Part shown: positions 59,438 to 63,421 of the stretch, in pieces
Position numbering within the stretch: the stretch's first letter is position 1
Layout of the letters: the number at the start of each line of letters is the position of its first letter
From: Amoebophrya sp. A120
Lineage: Eukaryota > Protista > Dinoflagellata
DNA length: 63,421 nt
Reading direction: 5' to 3'
Assembly (NCBI GenBank): GCA_905178155.1
Contig: CAJINV010000007.1
Span: 2,585,730 to 2,649,150 of the forward strand
Notes under the pieces: model-generated
What the model was told of the DNA's origin: nothing
What the model saw: the letters and a program-made list of their open reading frames with translations, nothing else
Databases searched by the model: none
Position numbers and translations under genes: made by a program

Positions 59438-60513
59438 TGTCGCCTGCTGTACTACGTCCACCTCGGCTGGCCACTCCTCCTGCTGTGTTTCGTCCTGGTC
59501 GTTGTTGTTCGTGTACTGCACGCTTTCTTTTCGTCCTTTTTCGTTCTCCCGGTCAACAGGAAGAAACAGTGCCCATTCCACAAAAATTTCGTCCGGTGTA
59601 GTCTCCGTTCCCGTGAAAGACCAAGACAACAGCTGCAAAAAGTAGACTGTGGAAATTTTGCTCAAGATGGAATCCGGCGGCCAGATGAAAACTGCTCGTA
59701 TTCCAACGGTTGATAAGAAGAAGATCGTCGAATCGAAATCACGTCGCTATTTCCAAAATTTGTTTCTCACCAAGAAGGGTGAACAATGATGACTTTTAAG
59801 GAGTCAACAGCTGTTCGTTCTGGCGAAGAAACTACATACAGAGCAAACAATCTGTGCTAGAGGTTGAATTTTTCGAAGTTGTGAAGTAACCAGAACGACG
59901 AGAAAAAGAGAAAGACAAAATGAAGAGCGAGCATTTTATTCAACACGGCCGAAATCCAAATTTGCGCTGTTCAACTCGTACACGTGGGGTCAAGCAAGCT
60001 GCAAGTTTTTTCTCTCGTTTGACGGAATCGGAATCGCTCAGTGGAGCCTGATTGCAGCAGTTTTGGTACTCTCCTTGTTCTCGATCAATAATATGATCTC
60101 TCACATGTCTGATACACCCAAGCACGCACGACACAACGATGAGCTTACTACTTCTAGAACGAATCACCTTCTCAATTGCGCAAAGCCTGCTCATCTGTGT
60201 TTGCCAGAAGACGCAATCGGAGAAGGATCTAAGTCGTTGCTGAAACAGCATCAACAAGGCGAAAATACAAATAGCCTAGCAATCATCACAAGTTCTGCTA
60301 TTGATCTGGAAACAACCTGTCCCGGGTTTTTTGAAACAATGAGGGTCGTATAACCAAAACTACAAGCTCACAAAAGTACTCTGTGCGAACGCGAAGATTC
60401 TTCAAAATTCTATTCATGAGCGCCACCAAGGTCGTTGTCTCTGGATAAGTCTAAGTCTCAATCTATACAATCCTACAGAAACAAAGAAGTTCCCAGACGT
60501 CCCGCCTACTTCC

Positions 60514-61308
60514 CTACGCCATGACGGTCGGCCTGGCATCAAATTGCGTCCAGGATACGGGTTCGTCTTCGAATTCTCGTATCACTGCTTTATCGTCCGC
60601 CAGCTGCATTTCCAGTTGCGCACTCTTCTCGTCTATCGTGGTGCTGTGCGAAAACCCGTGCTCCTCCAAGTATTTCTGAAACGCCTCGCCCTGGAGCCCC
60701 AGCGCTTTCTTGTCATTTGTCTCCCCGGTGACGGGGTTTACAACTCCTTCCGCCTTCGACTCCTCGTGCCCGTTCATTTCCCCCGTCGCCGCAAACCCCT
60801 CGGGTGGCGTTGGAATGGGTGGCTTTGCGCAGACGTGGGCTTCGTCAGCCGAAAAAGACAGATTGTACTCCTGGACTTCGTCAAGACCCATGTCCGAAAC
60901 CTCCAACGGGTCCGCTTTGGTCGACAATCGTATCCTCCGCGGGTTCCCCACCGCGGCGCAGAAGGGCAAAAACTCCGTCTGCGCCCCGTCGCTGGGCTTG
61001 ACGTCGCCGAGAATCGTCTTCGACGGCTCGTCTTGGAGAAAGTTCGCGTCATAGTGCAGAATCGGCGCGTTTTTGTCCGTGACGTCTTCGATGATAATAT
61101 GTGCGTTTTTCACGGGGTACGCGAACTCGAACTCAGGGTGAAGGTAGTCCGGCAATCCGCCCTCAAACGGGACGTAGGGGTCCGCGCAGAAGAATTTCAA
61201 GTCCCGGATGTCCGTTTTGTACACGTAATTCCTGATCTGGTTGTTCAACCCAACCGCGTCGCCGAAAGACTCGAGGCAGCGGACGAACTCGGAAGTGGCA
61301 GAGGCCAT
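60514..61308 (-). CDS. Hypothetical protein (possibly the terminal exon of the upstream partial gene)
   Basis: 264-aa ORF with GC3-rich, coding-like codon usage. The frame stays open upstream to ~61420. Confidence 0.6.
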   Translation of the reverse strand: MASATSEFVRCLESFGDAVGLNNQIRNYVYKTDIRDLKFFCADPYVPFEGGLPDYLHPEFEFAYPVKNAHIIIEDVTDKNAPILHYDANFLQDEPSKTILGDVKPSDGAQTEFLPFCAAVGNPRRIRLSTKADPLEVSDMGLDEVQEYNLSFSADEAHVCAKPPIPTPPEGFAATGEMNGHEESKAEGVVNPVTGETNDKKALGLQGEAFQKYLEEHGFSHSTTIDEKSAQLEMQLADDKAVIREFEDEPVSWTQFDARPTVMA

Positions 61309-61713
61309 TGAGTGTACGGTATGATAAAAACGAATCGGGGCGTAGATAAAGTTCGGAAAAGATCGCGCGCTTCTATCTAACGTTGTTGTCGAGGTAAGAT
61401 ACGGCTCGTAGTAACTACACCGTCAAGACCAGGTGGATCATTACCAATTGCACGCAACATGGTTTCACTCCGGAAGTCGATCCAACAGGCCAAGTAATCT
61501 CATTCTGACTCTCTCTGTGCCACACACCGTCACGAGAATGAATCGACGCCGACACGGATTCGCGAAGAGCACGACGCTGACCACTACGCCCACGGAAGTG
61601 ATCTCAACTCAGCTGTCCGAACTCACATCAATGCGACATGTAGTTTTTGTTTATGCTGTACGGCATCTTCGCCTAGACGTTTGTATTTTTATTTACGGCA
61701 GATTCATCGCTTG

Positions 61714-63421
61714 TTAGATGTAAACAGCAACGCCCTCGAGCCCGTCGTTCTTCTCCTGCGTGTTCCCCTCGGTTTTTTTTTGCTCCTCCATCGCCGGTGA
61801 TGGTGAAGATGCAGTACTACCAGAAGTGTAGCGCAGCCCTTCTCGTTCTGTTTGTGTTGCTCCTTGACGCCGCTTGATCTTATCATCTTCATCTTGCTTC
61901 TCGTGGTCTATTTGCTCTTGGTTTTCATCATCTTCCTCATCCGAGTCGGGTTTTTCGTCCTCGTGCTCCAAATAGTTGACTACCTGTGCACTTCTAGCCT
62001 GTTTCGTCTTTGCTTGCTCAGCCGTATCAGGTTTACTCTCCAGGTTGCCGGTGGTTGTACTTTCATCTACTTGTACTTCCTCGTCTTTCGCCCGTGAAGG
62101 TGTCGGCTGTTTTGTTACCATCCCGAGGCGTTGCATGATCGATTTCAGTTTCTCGGTCTGCTCCTCAGGGTCTTCTCTGGGATCATTGGTCTCCTCGAGT
62201 TGCAGCTCGGAAGATGTTGTAATTTTGCCGGTCGTGGACGATGCCGATGCAGGACGAACATCGTTACCAGCGTCACTCTTTGCACCTCTCGCATGGTCTG
62301 ACGTCGAAGCTGATGCTTCTTTCCCACCAAATGTCGCTTGCCACCACGAGATGACGGCTTCGCGGAGAGCTATTGGCGTTCCTGATTGCCACCACCTGCT
62401 TGATTTCGCTCCTTGCTGGTCCTGGTCGTCTTCACGTGCTGTTGTCCTCAGTGACGCGGAACTACTTTGTTCGTCGCTGACCTTATGGTCTTCATCATCT
62501 CCACCTTTCAAAACCCGTCTCAAAGTTGTAGCCGACTTCTGGGATATCTGTCCCATCACGCTGCTCGCCTGGATCGCTTCCAACCGTTCCTTTTCCCGTT
62601 CACTCGGCGGCTCCGTGTTTTGCTCCGATTTCGCGGTGGGTAAGAAGTGCCCGGTGGCTAAATACTCGTCGAACTTTTGGTCCTTCTGCACCGTGGTGTG
62701 GAGGTACACCGTGTAGTGGTGATAAGGCTCGCCGTTTTTGTAGACTTGCAGGATCAACGTCGTTCCTTGCTTCCCCGTTGCTACGGAAATCGGGTCGGTT
62801 GGCAATCCTAACTGCACGTCGCACAGTTTCTCCTGCGTGGGACGGCGGAACTCCGCGGTAATCCCGTCAGGCTCGCCGTAGATGACCTGTTGATGACGAG
62901 TCGTAAAGGAAATAATTTATTGGCGGGGTCGATCCCGTGATACTTGCAGAAGCTGCAGCATGGTGGAATACTCATGCACTTCTATATTGTTTATTGTGTT
63001 GGAAAACTCATGCACTATATTGTAAAGGGCTCTGTTCACGCGCAAAGATGTAGGTGCAAGGACGTACTACCATCAAGTGCACTTTTCGCAAGTGCGTGGT
63101 GCAGTAGATCTTCGCTCTGTCCTCCGGGTCGTGGATGCAATGCCCCTCTCCCATGATCGGGGACACGACCACCAATTTGCTCAAATCAATCCGGACCATG
63201 TTGGCGCCAAACCACTTGTCGTGGGATGATTTTGTGTCGGTTTGCAGTTCCAGCGGAATGGTCCGCTTCGCGCCCATGCCGCCGTGCATCACGATTTTGA
63301 ACTCCTCCACCCCGTTCGGTTGCTGCAGAATCGTCGGAAGCCCGTTCAACAGTTTCGTCTCGTGGTCGTGCGAGTCGTACATTTTGATCTCACACGTCGC
63401 GTTCCAGGTCTATGGGGTTCG
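61714..63421 (-). CDS. Hypothetical protein, 5'-partial (runs off the window), at least 2 exons
   Basis: ORFs 63008-63382 and 61714-62817 can be joined by a GT-AG intron with its acceptor at ~62887 (CAG|GTC ATC TAC GGC). Codon usage is coding-like; the C-terminal part is acidic and low-complexity. Confidence 0.6.

Noticed and set aside
59655-59666. ATTTTGCTCAAG, similar to a relic spliced leader
   Set aside because: Needs a gap and is on the wrong strand relative to the neighbouring gene.
6435-62716. Long plus-strand ORFs overlapping real genes (e.g. 28716-29495, 43830-44606, 60544-61311)
   Set aside because: Antisense shadows of GC3-rich minus-strand CDS.

Overview
Eukaryotic, intron-rich genomic DNA, most consistent with the parasitic syndinian dinoflagellate Amoebophrya. 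This is an inference from three things: all genes lie on one strand, proteins are swollen by low-complexity inserts, and non-canonical introns carry TAT-starting inverted repeats. About 14 genes are supported, all on the minus strand: RPT5/PSMC3, an RNF10-like RING ligase, an ER J-protein ending HEEL, a mitochondrial-type J-protein, a cyclin-fold candidate, a PAN+SGNH protein with a 1-nt frameshift, a DRP5/Dlp-like dynamin, ALKBH4, a PPM1G-like PP2C, a coiled-coil protein, a cytochrome b5-like protein, a TraB-domain membrane protein and two or three hypotheticals. I assembled the exon structures by hand. Most introns are GT-AG. Five introns are transposon-like 'introners' of 240-277 bp with 30-37 bp terminal inverted repeats and 5-bp direct repeats; removing each one restores the reading frame, and four of the five cannot be read as GT-AG. 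They fall into three TIR families but share a spaced end consensus (TATS-N8-AWRYGT) and a multi-copy internal motif (GCAT[GTC]A[CG]A[AG]), which suggests one common mobilisation/excision system. A 1.8-kb non-coding TIR element sits inside a canonical intron, and two other GC-rich repeat-like blocks are present.
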